Positions 40,498 to 55,554 of a stretch of DNA of 64,000 nucleotides are shown here, in pieces. Origin of the DNA: Antedon mediterranea. Taxonomy: Eukaryota; Animalia; Echinodermata. Location of the stretch: assembly GCF_964355755.1 (NCBI RefSeq), contig NC_092670.1, forward strand, positions 9,228,201 to 9,292,200, read 5' to 3'. Within the stretch, counting starts at the first letter, position 1. Every line of letters starts with the position of its first letter. The notes below the pieces were generated by a model. That model made no database searches. It was not told the DNA's origin and saw only the letters and a list, made by a program, of their open reading frames with translations. A program made the translations under genes and the position numbers.

Positions 40498-43400
40498 TAT
40501 ATTATCGATGTTTGAAATTGTTTGGATAAAATGTTTAGGTCATCATAAAATCAGAATTTGCTTAGTTAGTACAAGAATTAGTTTTTACTTGACTGGTTAT
40601 AGGTCCTTTTTCCAATAATTCCCACCATTTGCTAGTTGACCAGAGCAGCGAGAAAATTAAACCTGTTATAAACAACACAATCACTTGAAAATTGAGATAT
40701 TGAAAACATTACCATTGATAAACCTTGGCAATACTCTATTGGCAATATTATTTTTAAATAAATAACAACATTGACGACATTGTTAGGTGTTAATTATTGC
40801 GCTTTTTTCAATTTCATCCAACAGTACCAATTATAGCCTGGAGAAAATGTATAATATTTATTTTATAGCCTATGAATTAAGAATTTACATATTTTTGTAT
40901 TTGACATTAAAAATACCTAAAACTAAATGTTTATGAACACAAGAAATTCTGCAAAAGATACCCTTTTTACAATCATTACACAGCAAAAAGGAACTTGCAA
41001 AAATGACAGAGTGAAATCTATAAAGAAAGGAACATTAACTTTACAAATGAGATTGCAGTAAAGACATAGAAAGAAAGAAAATATCAATATGTCAGCAACC
41101 AATTCACAAAAGAACCAGAATAGCACATATGCACCATAACGGCACATATACCACAACAGGACATACGCACATCTTAAATTATAATTTATACTCAAGTATC
41201 AATGTACTTTATAAAGATAAACAAGAAAAGTTCATTGTGAAATGAATTACTTAAAATACAAAGCTTTCTAATCCAAAGTTAATCAAGGAAATAATAGGAT
41301 AAGAGACTCGAAGCAGACTCGGGTCATGTTGGAGTCAAAGACATCGAATCATGAATCAGGAGGCTTATCAATGCAATCAATCAAGGCAAATCAAATTGAC
41401 AATGAGGCATTAAGATGATTATAGGACATTTTTGAACTAGATTTTCTGGCCTCTACACTAAGTTTGTATTGTGGGACGAGATTGGGGTATTTTTCCAGGT
41501 TGAGTTAGAATAGAATCCTGTTGTTGGCCTTAAGAAGACCATCCCCTCAGTGTATGGGCATTTTTTTATATGCTCCAATACATTAATATACTAACTACTA
41601 TACAAGTAATAACTCTTTTATTTTTCATAGATTTTTAAAAAATTAGTACATAAATCACCTGGATATACCACAATTTGGACCTGGAAAGTGCTTTTCTTTA
41701 TTTAGAATGTATTAGTAATATAAATATTAAAATTATTTGCAACTTTAAACAATATACTAAGGCTTCTTTATGTTTTGCAACCACTATGCATGAAAAATAA
41801 ACTTAAATGCTTCCTTAAAACATAAATTAAAATGAAAAGTTTAGGCTTACAAACTAAACGAGAAAATTAATAATCTAAAATGAATACTTATTAGAAAAAT
41901 AGGAAATGAATTTACTATTTTTCAGGTGATTTTTGATTACCCATTCTACCTTGAAATCTGGCAATTAAGAGTTAATTTCAAAGAGCAATCATGATTTACC
42001 CAATGACATTTTCACCAGAGTTTTGATTATTTTGCTTGGATTACGATCTCATTATTCTTGTAATTGCCAATTTTAAACACTCATGAATGTATAGATAAAG
42101 TTAATCATTGCATGACGATACTGTAAAAGTCTGTCCAAGTAGAGAATTTCTGTGAAAGATCTTAGTGCCAAAGATCCTAAATTTATTGAATTGAAATATG
42201 GAGGTTCAGTACTGAATTGAATGTTGAAATGTTGCTTTTAGTTAGTAGAAATTGCTAGCTACAATATATATCACATAATAGGCCTAGTCTAGAGTTTTTC
42301 TCCTAAACTACACAGATGATCAAATTGAACTTATGCTATATAACAAGTGAATCATTCTCGTCTTTACTTTTTTATTTTACGCAAAAAAGAAGATAAAAGA
42401 GTTTAACTGAAAGGTTTCCCTCCAGTAAAAGTCAACTTTGGATCTGAGATTGAGAATGTCTTTAAAATTTCTTAGATCTAGTACTGTAGGTCCTATTTTG
42501 AAAGTTTATAAGAAAATGAACATATTTTATATATTCTATTCTAATCTATATTATTCATTTGTATCTTATCCTCCTAGGTAGTATAGTTCAAAATGCACAT
42601 AAAGTTTGATTACAGTAAAAGTACAAATCAATCTTCAATTTAAAATCTTTCAAGATAAATCTTATATTGCGAATCATTCTTTGTCATTTATACATCTGTT
42701 AAACTATAAAATATATCTTATTCAATTTTATTACCCATTTTATTTCTTGAAACCTTCGTCTTCTGAAGATATTTGAAATGTAGTTTACACTTATTTGATT
42801 ATTTAATCGTTGGAGTTATACATCCTGGTAATTTACTGGATCTCTGGGAAACGGAAGAAAAGAGGTAAATTTATTACTTCTCGTTAGAGGATCAAGTGTC
42901 TAACAACGTTATGCTGCTTATTTATCGTTATTTAATCTTTGAAGACATCTCGGATATGAACCCAGTGACACCTTACGACAACGATTGGCTTGATATAAAT
43001 TTGTTTAAAGCATTGATAAGTCAAATCAACTTTGCTTAGAATGTTACGTGTAACAAAGAGTTGTTAGATTTGATTTGAATTTGATTTATTTTGTTAAAAA
43101 ATCTAGTATAAACACAAAATAAACTATTTGAATATATTTTTGATAATAAATATAATAATTTTTTATTTTTCTGAGTAAGCCAAAAATTAGTTATTGTTGA
43201 CACAAATCTGTATAGGTTATTATTCTATTATAATACTTTAAAAAAAATGAATGTGAAGGCAGTATATTCTAGGTAGCTCTATATTCGTGCTTTCCTATGA
43301 TTTAAACTTTATAGTTTTCATGATTAAAACAAAAGCAGTTGAATGATTAGGTTGGATATAACATTTGGAGTCTTTGTTTTAATGATGCTTCCTCTTTTGC

Positions 43401-46400
43401 GACTGCTCCACCTTTTCTCATTTTGATTAGGCTCAAAAGGCTGACAAATCAATCCAATACAATCTTTTCATAGTCCAGCTGTCTGCCTAAAGAAGGCACA
43501 GAAAAGTCTCCATACACAAAATACAAAAAAAGGCTATGTTTGTTGCTATTTTTATATTTATATCTCCAGGAGCTATCTCATCACTTTAACAGTAAATTGC
43601 AATAGTTTGGTGCCTTGTCTCTGTTGGTTTACAATTTCTATGTCATGTTTTGAGACAAAGTAATTGAAGTAAAAACTCACCTCATTTAAGTTTGCTATTA
43701 TCCTTTTTATAATTAAGAGATATACAGGTTTCTGTCTTTTTTCTTTTTATGCCTTCCTAGGAAACATATATCGGAATTAGTGTCCTACATTTGGCTACTA
43801 TAGTCTTTAAAATGTAGGTTTAGGATTTAACCAAGTTTAGCACAGGGTTTCTGTCTAGAGAGTTGAAGTAGGGCTTGTGGCAAGTACTAGCAGAAAAGTA
43901 GGGCAATGTAGCATAAAAATATGGTTGCTTAAAGAAAACTTTCCTACAACATGTAGTATTGTCCTGAAGCTGCTTGAGGATGATGACAGTATTGACGTTA
44001 GCAAATATTGCAGCATATAACTATTATCTAACATACAGTAACTGTATCAAAGAGTTATTTAAAACAGAAACTAGAAATAGTTTTATAAATACACAGGTTT
44101 CCTGTACTGTGACAATAGAATTGACATTCGTCATTTTCATTTGAATGTGTACTTTTGAAATAAAATGAACATAGATAGGCAAATGTTTATAGCTTGCTGA
44201 TTTTGTAATAAAAACATCATTTATAAATCCTGATGGGATTTGACTTCAATACTTTTACAATCAATGCTCATTTAGGCCTCAACTAATTAATAATTATGTA
44301 TGGCTCAGTAACTGTGATCATAATTAATATGATGGTGGTACTTTTGTATTTTTGTAATAATTACTTTTCTCATTTCTATCCGTATTAATGATTTAATAAT
44401 CAAAGTGCATTGAGAAGCCTCATACAAATACAAACCATTTGAGAGATTCAGTAAAAACATAGATAGACCTCGCAGGGATTTCAGCAGTTGTTTTATTGCG
44501 TGAGAAATTACAAGAACCTGTTGAAATCACAACAGAATTTTTCTGTCCAATTTGTGCATACTTGGATAAACCAGCAATGGTGAAAGAGCAATGACATGAA
44601 AAGGAAACATTTCTTGACCACCCCTTTGCAATAATGAACTATCCCACCAAAATAAATGATGCCATTGGTTCATTGGGACATGCCCATGCGTGCCCAACTG
44701 GTCGTAATGAAATAACAAAACTAAAAACTAACCAAAACCTGTTGGTCACAAAGTGTATTAAACTTGACTATGTTTACCAGCACCAGACTTTAGTATGTTT
44801 TGGTTATCATATCAACAAAAAAAGATTAATTATAATAATTCTCGTTATATCACGGATGCTCAACATTCATGTTATACTCAATTAACCTGTTGTCTGAATT
44901 ATTGTATGGAAATTATGAAATTAAGTGAATAAATAATTTATTACCATCTTTGCTTGTCATAATCAAAGGAAATAGATTAATAATTCTCAGATTCACTTGA
45001 CCGATATTTCCATCGTACTGATTGGTATAGCCTCCATGAATTATTAATTAATATTAATAGAAGTATTTTACTGTAGCATAAAGTCTTTTCACTGATCGAC
45101 TTTATTAGAAATTCAATTCATAAAGGTAGATTACAGAATCTCTTAAAGACCATGTCAAAACATTGTAGTTATTGCAGTAGAATCATTTTTAAACTGGACT
45201 GCAAATTCCAAAAACTCTTCCAAAAATAGAAACCGGATTCCCATTGTACTGAATTCAAACTTTGGTTCAGGAAAAAAAATGTTTGGTAAGGATTTCTTGT
45301 AGCAAATTTGAGTCAGTTTTTACAGACCAACCGACATAGTGAGCTATAGAGTTGTGTTGTACGCGACTAAGAACTCATCTGAACAGAGAGACCTACATCC
45401 AGACCAAAAGAAAAAACTAGGACTATACCCGCCTGTTTGTAAAATCAGACATAAAGCAGGAGGTGGGATTAGACCCGAAGTGGGATTACTGTATATCCGA
45501 TGATGTACAGGAATTAATATAAAATTCATTCTTCAGACTTTCTGGAACATCAGACATTTTGGGCCCCAAGATTGGGGAAAGTTGATATACTTTTTGTAAA
45601 TACTTCATTCAGTGTAGACATATAGCAGTTCAATCTCATTTTGGTAATTTGTGTTCTTTATCATAAACAGGCATCAGTTTTATCATCATATCATTATCAT
45701 CATTTTGTATTTTAATTTTGTATCACCATTTTTTAACTATCATATAATTTAATATCCAATGTATGCTGATGTTATTGTCATTAATATCATGATACATTAA
45801 TTTACCTTATCAGCAGTAATTTTTATGAGAAAAACATCTTTCAACATAATTAATCGTTTTTATCATCAAGTTTCATCACTATTATTGTAACTATATCATT
45901 TTTTTATTACCTTATCACTATAATTATCATCATTGTCATTGTGATAATCATCGTCACCATCAACATCTTCAAAATCATCATCGTTGTTACCTACAAAACG
46001 AATAGATTATGCCTAAATCCTTTTCTTGGCTCTCAGCCAACTTCAAGAATTGCATAGTAAAATGATCGAATGTATTTAAAATGACTTTGTGACTCATCTA
46101 ATACATAATCAGGTCACGACTCAACTTAAAGGTTTTAATGATAATTTCTGATTTTTTTTGGTGAAGTAAAGTTTTTAAAAAATAGAATGCACCAAAAAAA
46201 GCTTAATTTAGATCATGATTATTAATATTAATTATGATAATAGGTTTTACTTGTATTAAATGAATTTATAGAATATTAAATATTTATTATCATACTAATT
46301 CAATATTAGTATACATTGAAAATCCAATTATTTAAATCATTTCAAAATAAATAACTAATACTGTATCTGACAATGACATTAGAATGGCCTATTTATTGAT

Positions 46401-46417
46401 TTTGTTTAAGAACAATA

Positions 46418-46850
46418 ATCAAATTAAAATCAAATCAAATTATCGTTATTGATCCTTTTGGAAATTCCTTGTCCATATAATAATATAGATAAAATATCAC
46501 AGATAAAATTACAATACGAAACATGGGAAGATACAGAAACATCAAAAATGAAAATAAACATTTTATTTAAAATATCTTTAAGACAATATCTTAAAGTTCA
46601 CTCTTATCAATGACGTATTCATTTACAACAAAAAATATTAATATTTTTAGATAATTTTGAGAAATATCCAGACACAGTACTTCATTGAACCTTTTGCATG
46701 TAGTATTCTATATGAGTCTTTGAGAACCTTCATTTGCACTAAACTCGTGTCATTGGTTATTGCATCTTACGGTCATGCTTGACCAATTAATGTCATTGGT
46801 TATTGTATCTTACGGTCATGCTTTACCAAGTAGGTTGAATGCATTAACAA
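46418..46850 (-). mobile_element. 3' remnant of an L2/Rex1-like LINE
   Basis: Minus-strand ggaatttcc...ggatcaataa followed by an (ATTTG)n tail. Contains a 43-bp tandem duplication at about 46748-46830. Confidence 0.45.
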
Positions 46851-48029
46851 AATCAATATTATTCAATAAATACGTTATTTAGATGTAATCACAACTGTAG
46901 AATAAATTGCATACTAAATTGTTTACATAATATAACATGTTGTGAAATCGAAATGTGGATTTTAATCAACAGGTTTTTTTTAATTAAATAAATTTGATAA
47001 ATTGATTTTGAAAATGAATACAAATTCAGCATTTTCACACTTGTGTTATTGAAAATTCTTAAGTGAAATGCCATAAAAATATTAAATTTGTAAATTGATT
47101 CAAAAGATCAGAAAATGTAAAAAGAATCACTCCAACCAGCTTTAAGAAAACATTTTTGGAAATTTCTTTCAGAAATACTGCTCATCCATTTTATTTTTTC
47201 ATACTTGATGATTTTGTTTCTAAATTATTGTTTTAAATAGATATTTATCATGTAATACCAAACTGGCATAATCCTTAAATAAACGGAAAACAATTCGTTT
47301 TGTACCATTGTTGACAATATGCATGCTACTATACTTTAGTTATAAAAAAATGGACAAAAAAGACGTAGAGGTTGACACAGAAAGCAAGCAGTTACAGTAT
47401 TCAAGTTTAGCAAAATGTATCTACTCCGAAACTTGGGTGTATTTATGCTCACGTCAGTTCACATGAATATTACCCCAATAAAACCAAAGGCATTGACATT
47501 GCAAAGGGCAGTCTTTACTTTAATGTGACCATTAAGAAATTAGAGATAATTTGGTATGGTTCTTTATGTTGAGTATTCGAGAAGTTTTAAGTAAACAAAA
47601 TACATTTAAGAGATCTTTTTTAAGGTGGTTGTACTATCATGTTCTATTATTAGTATCTTAAGTACAACTTGTCATGAATGAACATGCACAACGCAGTGTT
47701 ATTTTCTACACTATCTTATGTTTTATAACAGGCCTAAGTTATATCTTTCCCATTTGATTGGTTGATTTTGTACCACATGGCATTGATCATTCTTTTTAAT
47801 TCAGCAGTCAACACCTAACAAATTTGGAGGATTTTTTCATAATATCTTTACTATCTTGATATTTATACTATACCGGTAATGATATTTCTAGTATAAATAT
47901 TACTACTAAATAATTATATTATAAAGTTAATGTTACCTCTTTTGATCTTGTGTATATCACTTTGAAGAGGAAAATTCAAACTTGAACATACTGATCACCT
48001 TCTGCAGAGTTAGAATCTCAACTGAAATT

Positions 48030-48225
48030 TTACTTTCTCCTTTTTTTCTCTCTTCGTTTTTCTTCTCTTTTTCTTTTCTTCCTTATTTCTTTTCCATTTC
48101 TTTTTTCAATTTGTTTTCTTTTTTTTTCTTCTCTCTTTTTATTTATTTTTTCCTTCTTTCTTCCTTTTTCCTTTTTTTACCCTTTTTTTTTTAAGTTCTT
48201 TTTTTCTACTTTCTCTTCTTATTTC
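48030..48225. repeat. Low-complexity polypyrimidine tract
   Basis: About 190 bp of nearly pure T/C; this explains the Phe-rich spurious ORF 47982-48194. Confidence 0.85.
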
Positions 48226-48825
48226 AACAATACCACAACCTTGTTTAGAGTTTCTCTAAAATGTACTTTATATGGTTTAGAATGAATCAAGTTATAGTGT
48301 CGCGTTAACTGTCTCGTCTGATATGTCATGTCTTAACAATTATTACAATAATGAAGTAATGATTACTGCTTTAGTACAATCGATAATATAATGCTAATTA
48401 TTTTATTGTACTGTACTTTGATAGACTTTTGACACTAATAAGATACGATTCTAGTTCTAGTTTTACATGTAATGACTTCAGATATTATGTACTATTTGTA
48501 ACTCAGAACATTTTTAACCTAAAAAATACTCTTTCTTATGTTTGCATAGTCATAATGTAACAAACTGTATCTGTAGAGTTTGCCGGTGGTATTTTTCATT
48601 AAAAATGGAAAGAGCTGTTTGTTACAAATAGAAGCAGAACAACTTAAAATGTCAAATACAGACTGAGCGTGTAGTAGTAGAGAAAGTTTTACGCTCTACT
48701 ACATGCTAAAGAACTTGAGTGCAAAATGTGAATGCCTGGCCTCTTTATTTTGATCGAAATATACTTTTTGCAATTTACGATGGATTTTGGTGGAGATTGT
48801 TTGTGCGATTTTTAATGGGCTATAG

Positions 48826-48834
48826 GTGAAACAG
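48826..48834 (+). CDS. Candidate 9-nt microexon (GET, phase 1-1)
   Basis: tatag|GTGAAACAG|gtgaga. Frame-preserving and phase-compatible with the 22-nt microexon. The acceptor is weak, with an upstream TGC. Confidence 0.3.
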
Positions 48835-49269
48835 GTGAGAAATGTGTTCATGACAACAGTGATTGATGTTTACAATTGCTCCATCACTAAGCCCAGCCCA
48901 CAATGTAACTATCAATTATGTCATTATTACACCGTATATACTAATTCTACATGTTTTCGTATTTGTATTATTCACACATTTAGTTCTAAACTCTGATTTT
49001 TTTATTGGCTGCTATTTTGTGTGCAACAAATTCAGTATTTTTCAATTATTTCTCTGTTGTGTTTAAATTCAACATCCTCAAGTCACCTTGGTGTGAAGTG
49101 GTGTATGAAGATGTCCACAATTCTTTATGGTACTGTATTTATCTTTTATTTAGAATATCTTGAATACTATATTCTTCAGTGGTGTAAAAAGAAAATGATC
49201 TAAATATTATTTTGAAAAAATAAATAAATATATACTTTCTATACCATAATGTTTTCATGTACATTGCTG

Positions 49270-49380
49270 TTGTTTCCAAGCTAGTTATTGGTGTTAGTCT
49301 GTAGGTCTCTTCAGCAGGTGTTCCAGGTCGGCCTTTTTCCCTCTTCCCTTTTCTGTGGGTTCCATTTGTGTGCCATAGTC
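49270..49380 (-). mobile_element. Short RTE-like LINE 3' coding remnant
   Basis: Minus strand reads WNPQ...GKREKGRPG, a frameshifted version of the W.P.GKR.RGRP..TW motif. Confidence 0.55.
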
Positions 49381-49667
49381 ATCCCCACCTCATCAATTGC
49401 ATTTCAATTAAATATGGTCTAAGCAATGTAGCATTAGTTAAATTTTAGGAATCTGAAGATTTTTATGGGTATACTGTATTTAGGTCATCATGGTCGATAA
49501 TTATGTGACTCTTCGGTCTTTGATCTAGCAAACACAGAATAGACTCTAATTCAATCCATTATACTCAAAAGAATGATTAGCTAATTATTATGTATGTGAA
49601 AGTTCAACAGGTAGAATTTGTTTCTTCATTGTGTACAAATCTATGTCTTTCTATTAACATTTATTAC

Positions 49668-49900
49668 AGTAGGAGTGGATTGGTGGTTATGATGCTTGGC
49701 TACCACTCCAAGGATCCTGGGTTTAAGTCCTGTCACATGTCTGAATTTTTTATAAGGACAAAATTACAATCCTCTCCCAAAGACTTGTAAGACTTTATTT
49801 ATGTAGAGAATCTTGTGTTTGTCTTGTGAACCTCTGAGGGTCCCTAATGATCAGCAATTGCTGGATAGATCACCCTCTGGTGTTTACTGTTTACATGACT
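49668..49900 (+). mobile_element. tRNA-derived SINE
   Basis: A-box-like gtggattggtggtt, anticodon-arm-like cttggctaccactccaag, B-box ggtttaagtcc. A similar decayed head lies at about 5913-5975. Confidence 0.55.
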
Positions 49901-50939
49901 TTTACTCACAAAAGATTATATTTGCAAGTAAACCAATTTCTTCAATCGCTTTTAATATTATAGAGATTATGTGTGTTCAAGATTTTCTAGGTGGTAAACG
50001 AGGTTTCCTAAGGCAAGCTCAGCGTAGAGCAAAAGCTCGCTTTTTTGCAAGAGCACCTACTGCACCAAAAGCTTGGTTTCCATTATGCACAATGCAAGTG
50101 ATTTTACCAATTACAAGCGACAGTTTAGAAGATCCGTCACTCGTGATTGACCAAGTTGCTTTGTGGTGTGTGTGTACGTCCTTGCGTGGTGTTTAGTGAG
50201 AACTCTTCTGAAAGCATAACAAATGTTTTTGCGAGCTTGAAAAAATCTGTAGTGATAGCATCTGTTACTACACCAAAGTCGTCAATCGAATTATCTAGTC
50301 AAAGATGCTACAACTGGGTACAGTTGTTCATTTAACTCTGCTCTGCCACATTGTAATCTTTGGTGTTTAAAATTTAAAATCACTTACTTTTACTTCTCAA
50401 TTAATACAAACAAATAAATTACAAAGAGGCAATTTTACAAAATGAACAGTTAAGCAATGTCCATTTTATAGCTATTTAAAATTGTAAACAAAATATGAAA
50501 ACAGTGTTTTAACTATTTTCAATTAGTGTAGATTAAATTCAATTTATTTAAATTTTAATATCAGAATTTCTTATTTGCATAATGTTATTTTAAAACCATA
50601 TGGAATAAACCTAATGGAAAGAATAAATTTGAATTAATAAACTAATCTCACAGATGTTATAACTTTACAAATTATCATTACGACTAACTCACACAAACAG
50701 ACACTATACCGTAATTCTTCAGGAGAAAGTAAAACACCCCTATCCATTTATGGTACATTCCACCAATCCGATTTTTTTATTCTATATATTAATTAAATTA
50801 TTGTTTTAATGGCGTATTAATAATTTCATAGCACAACAAAAATAATACATCTCTCTGTGATTTTGCCAGGTTTTAATTCCTTCATCCATTTCTTTTATTT
50901 ATTCATCCATTTCTTTTATTTCAGTTAGTACATCCATAA

Positions 50940-51180
50940 ACAATAATAATAATAATAATATTTATTCGGCAAAAGTTCATAAAGTACATTTTACAATTCA
51001 TCTTGCCAGGAGCAAGTAATAGGCATGAGCCCAAACAGAAAACTGCTCTTACTCCATCAAACAATAACAAATAAAAATTCCAAAAAGAAAATCAACCAGA
51101 ATATTTTTTATTTAAGCAGAATATTTTTCAAAATATGAAATGATTCTTATCAAATTTCATATTTATATTCCATTTATTTG
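50940..51180 (-). mobile_element. LINE (CR1/L2-type) 3' end with a (TAT)n tail
   Basis: (AAT)n run followed by tttatt and a hairpin-forming gagcaagt...actgctc segment. Confidence 0.4.
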
Positions 51181-51365
51181 AATATTATTATACGTTAAAG
51201 TACCTCATTCATGCTTTGTTTAAGATACAAATGAATGTGTATGTCGATATAGAGTTTCACTTTTTTTTCTAAGTAGTTCTATTATTATTAGATATATCTG
51301 GTTTCAGAGTTCATGCCACATAAAATCTGCCAATTCATTCACAAAGGATTGAGCAATATGCTGTT

Positions 51366-51545
51366 TATAAGATAAGATAAGATAACTTCTATTGATCCTC
51401 AAAAAGGAAATTCATTGCTCGTCATAAAAATTAGAATACACAATAAATACAATTATAGCAACCATTCATATAAAAACATCAATATTTGTTAATAAGATGA
51501 ATTCATTTTAAGAATGGGTGACAAAAGATGAATATAGGTTGTCTT
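51366..51545 (-). mobile_element. 3' end of an L2/Rex1-like LINE
   Basis: Minus-strand gaatttcc...gaggatcaatagaag followed by a (TTATC)n tail; upstream YSSFV-like terminal coding motif. Confidence 0.5.
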
Positions 51546-54500
51546 TATTAATTAGTTTATCTCTGTCACTGTGATTTACTAAATTATCTTTTTCATCTGT
51601 TGGACATTAATGTTCCTATCTTTTAAATTTTAAGATGATATGTCTCACCTAAGTTTGCTCAATAATGCTTTAATAGATTGTAAAAAATAGTAAATATGCT
51701 AATTTCAACCCAAAAAATATATATATATAGTAGAACCCCCCCCCCCCCCTCATTGCCTTTTGGACACCCCTATTTAAGGGACATCCTTATTAAGAGGACA
51801 CCTTAAAACGAGAGGAAATTTATGTTCTTAAAACTACAGCCAACACCGAAAATAAACTATTTAGAGGACTGTTTAAAATCATAAGAATATTTTTTTTTTA
51901 CTAATTTTTAGGTAAAAAGTTGAAGATGAATTTTATAAATAAATTTTCAAGACAAATGATTAATGAACTTATATCACTACAAAAATTATCAAACTTAATA
52001 CTAAAAATAATGTTTCCTGTCTTGAATCATCATTTTTTTATATTGTGTTTTTTTATGAACACTGTGATCAATTAAATGTAATTTTATAATATCATTAGAA
52101 TTCACCTCCTGTGACTAAAAGGCATACATGTGTGTACACATTTAATGTTTGCTGTCACTTTGTGTTGTTTACTAGATTACTCCACCAGCGGCAATTTTAC
52201 TGACCTTTGCCCCTTTGTACATATCTCAAATCTAATCTTCGCTAGTTAGTAAATGATTATTTGTTATGTTACAATAACAATCTTTGAATATACTAATGCT
52301 TCAAATGAACAGTTTTATTATATATGCACGTGAAATAGCTGACGTGTACCAATCTACTAGATTGATTGGATTTTTACTCTACTCAAAATTTCTACATAAA
52401 CATTTTTTCGAACATTATTTCAGCTTGCCGTTCGTTCGTAAGTAGGATTTTCTTGATTCCACTCAAAAAAATTACTTCTCCAATCGCTTTTTTTTATAAA
52501 TACAAGCATGTTACTAGGGCATATGCTATTCGCAACAGAGAATGTGAAAATAAACATGCCTTAGTTTATGGTCCTAGAATTAAAGAATTTATGTAATTCT
52601 ACTCAAAACAAATTATTTCTCCAAATAGCTTTTTATATCATTAAGCACATTCATATAGATATTTGATACAGTATAATGCAAAAATAAAATCTAAATGTGT
52701 AAATTTTTTTTTTTTTTTTTTTATTTCATCATATAATACATTAATTAAATGTGATAAAATACCACACAAAAATGTATTCTTTAGAATGTGTATATTAATG
52801 TTCTATGTGAGAAGTCCCATGCAGGAATAAATAGGTACCTGTTAGCAGTTATAATTAAATTTTGTTCTGTAGCTATTGTCTTTTAAATGGAGGATAGCAA
52901 ATGTATAGTGTTAAAAAGTCTCTCAAGTAGATTAAAAAAAAGGTAGTTCATAATTTCATTTTTACTCAAAAGAGGAGAGTGCACGCTCCGATCCGCCAAA
53001 TACGTTTTTCTTTAACACGAAACAACCGTAAGTGGATTGGCCAATGCCAACATTGATCATCACAATATTTCAAATTATTATTGAGCTTGTTATACCATAT
53101 GATGAGTTAACGTGATTTCAAAATAACATTTAAAAAAGTTTACTTAAATTTTACATGACTTACTGAATGTTTACTTTTCATTCAACAATTCTTATTACAT
53201 GTAACAATAAATTATATGTTGTACATATAATAATACATTGATTTATGTTAGTTTAGTTTGCACTGCATCTTTACCGAAAAGACTCGGCTGCTTTGTATAT
53301 CTTTCTAAATTGATTTGAAATCAATTTAATGTATCTAAATTCTCATTAAATTGTTATATAAAATGTTGTAATGGTTTTTTTTAATATCTTGCATGGTTTT
53401 ATAATACAATTTTTGTTTGCTGGACCCATGAGAATTAAATTTGAAGATATTCATCATGATAAAAAAAATCCTGGCATTTGATTGGATGATTAATTTAGTT
53501 CTTAGTTGTGTAATAAATGTATCCTGATAGTCATATATAAAAAACAACAAATAATGTTAATTTTTTTTTATGTGTGTGTTAAGAAAAAAATAAACCAATA
53601 TTTAAAAAGTTTTTACTGACGTTTAATATGAATCTGTGTATTTTTGTATTAAATAATTTGATCTTTCATCTTGGTTTTATCTATCTATCTCTATTTATTG
53701 TTTTTATTCTTGTTTTATAATGGTTTCGTTCAGTGTTTTATGTCTTACCGTAGTTGGCACGGGCTAGTTAAGCACATCACAAAGTTTTGTAACCTTTGGT
53801 TTTTCTCTATAACCTACAGTATTTACAAAAAAAATACCTAATAGAATTATGTACAATTAACCTTCAACTATTAAAATCAAACAAGTATAAACTGAGGAAA
53901 AAATAATAGAAACCTAAAATATTATTCATCATTTTTATTCAACAATAACCATAAATGGTATGTGAACTTTTTGGTGCATGTTTTAGGTGTTAAGAGTGCT
54001 TCAGTATTACATAGTTTTCTATAACACACATCTTCTCTAGAAATATGTCGGAGGGTTGAAACTAAATAATTTAATTATTCTCTTTTTACACCGATAGAAA
54101 AGATTGTACAGATAAATCATTTCCAATCAATTGTCACACATATCTGTTCTTATATGATAATGCACTGTAATTTTTGCAAAGCAAATTTAAGCAGTGCTTT
54201 GTCATTCTACCTGCCATTTCGTGTTTTTCACAATTAATTTCACTCAAGAGTAACAACAAAGTCGTCGTGATTAAGATAAATGATCCGATCGCAAAAATAT
54301 CTTACAGTAAAGTGCAAACAGAAGCGATGTATACATATATCTGATCTCGCGTTTTAGCCATTAACAGATAGAGATCGTAAAATTTGAATCCAAAAATGGA
54401 AATTAAACTCAGTCGATGTCAGCATTGCACGACTTTTTAGATTATTTTGCGTCATTATTCAGTTTGCCGTGTGCTTGAGGCCATACTTTGCAGGCACGCT

Positions 54501-55554
54501 GTTTTTTTTCCAAAAATATTTAATTCAATTGGATCTTATTTTGTGAAGTTCAATGAATTCTAGAATAAAAGCCGGTTTTTTATCACAGAAACATTGGGTG
54601 GCATATATCAATCAATTACTAATCAGTCAAGAGTTAAAAAGCACTTAAGTGAAAAACTGACATCATCTTATAGAAAAGTATCCATATTTTCTTAGGTTAT
54701 TTTGAAAACTGTCTTTAAGCAAATTCATTGACTTTAAAGCAAAGTTAAGATGTTTTTGTCTATAAGCAGTTTTGCGCACTTTTTCTTACCCATGCTCTTT
54801 TTATTTGACTAAATGGTTCATTGGTTTTTTAATGTTTTGTTATCAGAGGGTATACTAAAAAGTTCATTATTAAATTTTATTTTTTCATTCGATATTCTTT
54901 ATACTGGGTGTCCTTTTCAGTCGAAGACTGTTCTTCCAGAAGGCCCAGCACAGGACTATGATGATCAGCACACTGAATACTCGGCCAGTTTTTAGAGGAC
55001 CGGGAGATGATTCTCTAAAAAGTGGCAAAAAAACTAAACACGCAAAAAAACAAGCCATATCGATGATCATATCATTGACTTGCCTAATTTTTTCGAAGTT
55101 TCTTTTACTTTATTATCTTCAGTCAGTGCTCTGTTGTTGCAGAATATAGCAGATAATAGACCATGATTTGAAGAGAACATTATCACGCATATGTCAAATA
55201 TATTAAATGTGCATTATGTTGTTCACATGGTGTTGAATGTCTAATGTATTATTCTGATTGAAATGACAGAATATAGACAATGAACTCTGTGAACTAATGA
55301 TGTTATTGAATGTCTATTTTTACATACTTTATAGCAATTCGCTTTTCAAAGACTTCATTTGTCAAGCCTATGTTATTGATTGAAATATAGCCCTACACTT
55401 TAAACATAAAACGATCCTCTCTGGAATTGAAAATCGGTTCCGTTTCCATTTCCTATTCTGACTTCCAAGATATGAAAACATTTTTCGTTTTAACTGGCAT
55501 ATACACTGATATCAAGGTAAATTATATAAGTATCACAATCCTAGGTATATTCCA

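Noticed and set aside
45325-45505. Open + strand frame (PTDIVSYRVVLYATKNSSEQRDLHPDQKKKLGLYPPVCKIRHKAGG...) after tttttacag as a host exon
   Set aside because: It is open only with phase-2 entry, while upstream exons end in phase 0 or 1. No resemblance to IA-2 stalk or TM sequence.
55470-55516. Possible 47-nt exon (DMKTFFVLTGIYTDIK) between ccaag| and AAG|gtaaat
   Set aside because: The phase would fit after the microexon, but the AAG acceptor is weak and the peptide is too short and polar to be the expected TM exon. Not supportable without RNA data.
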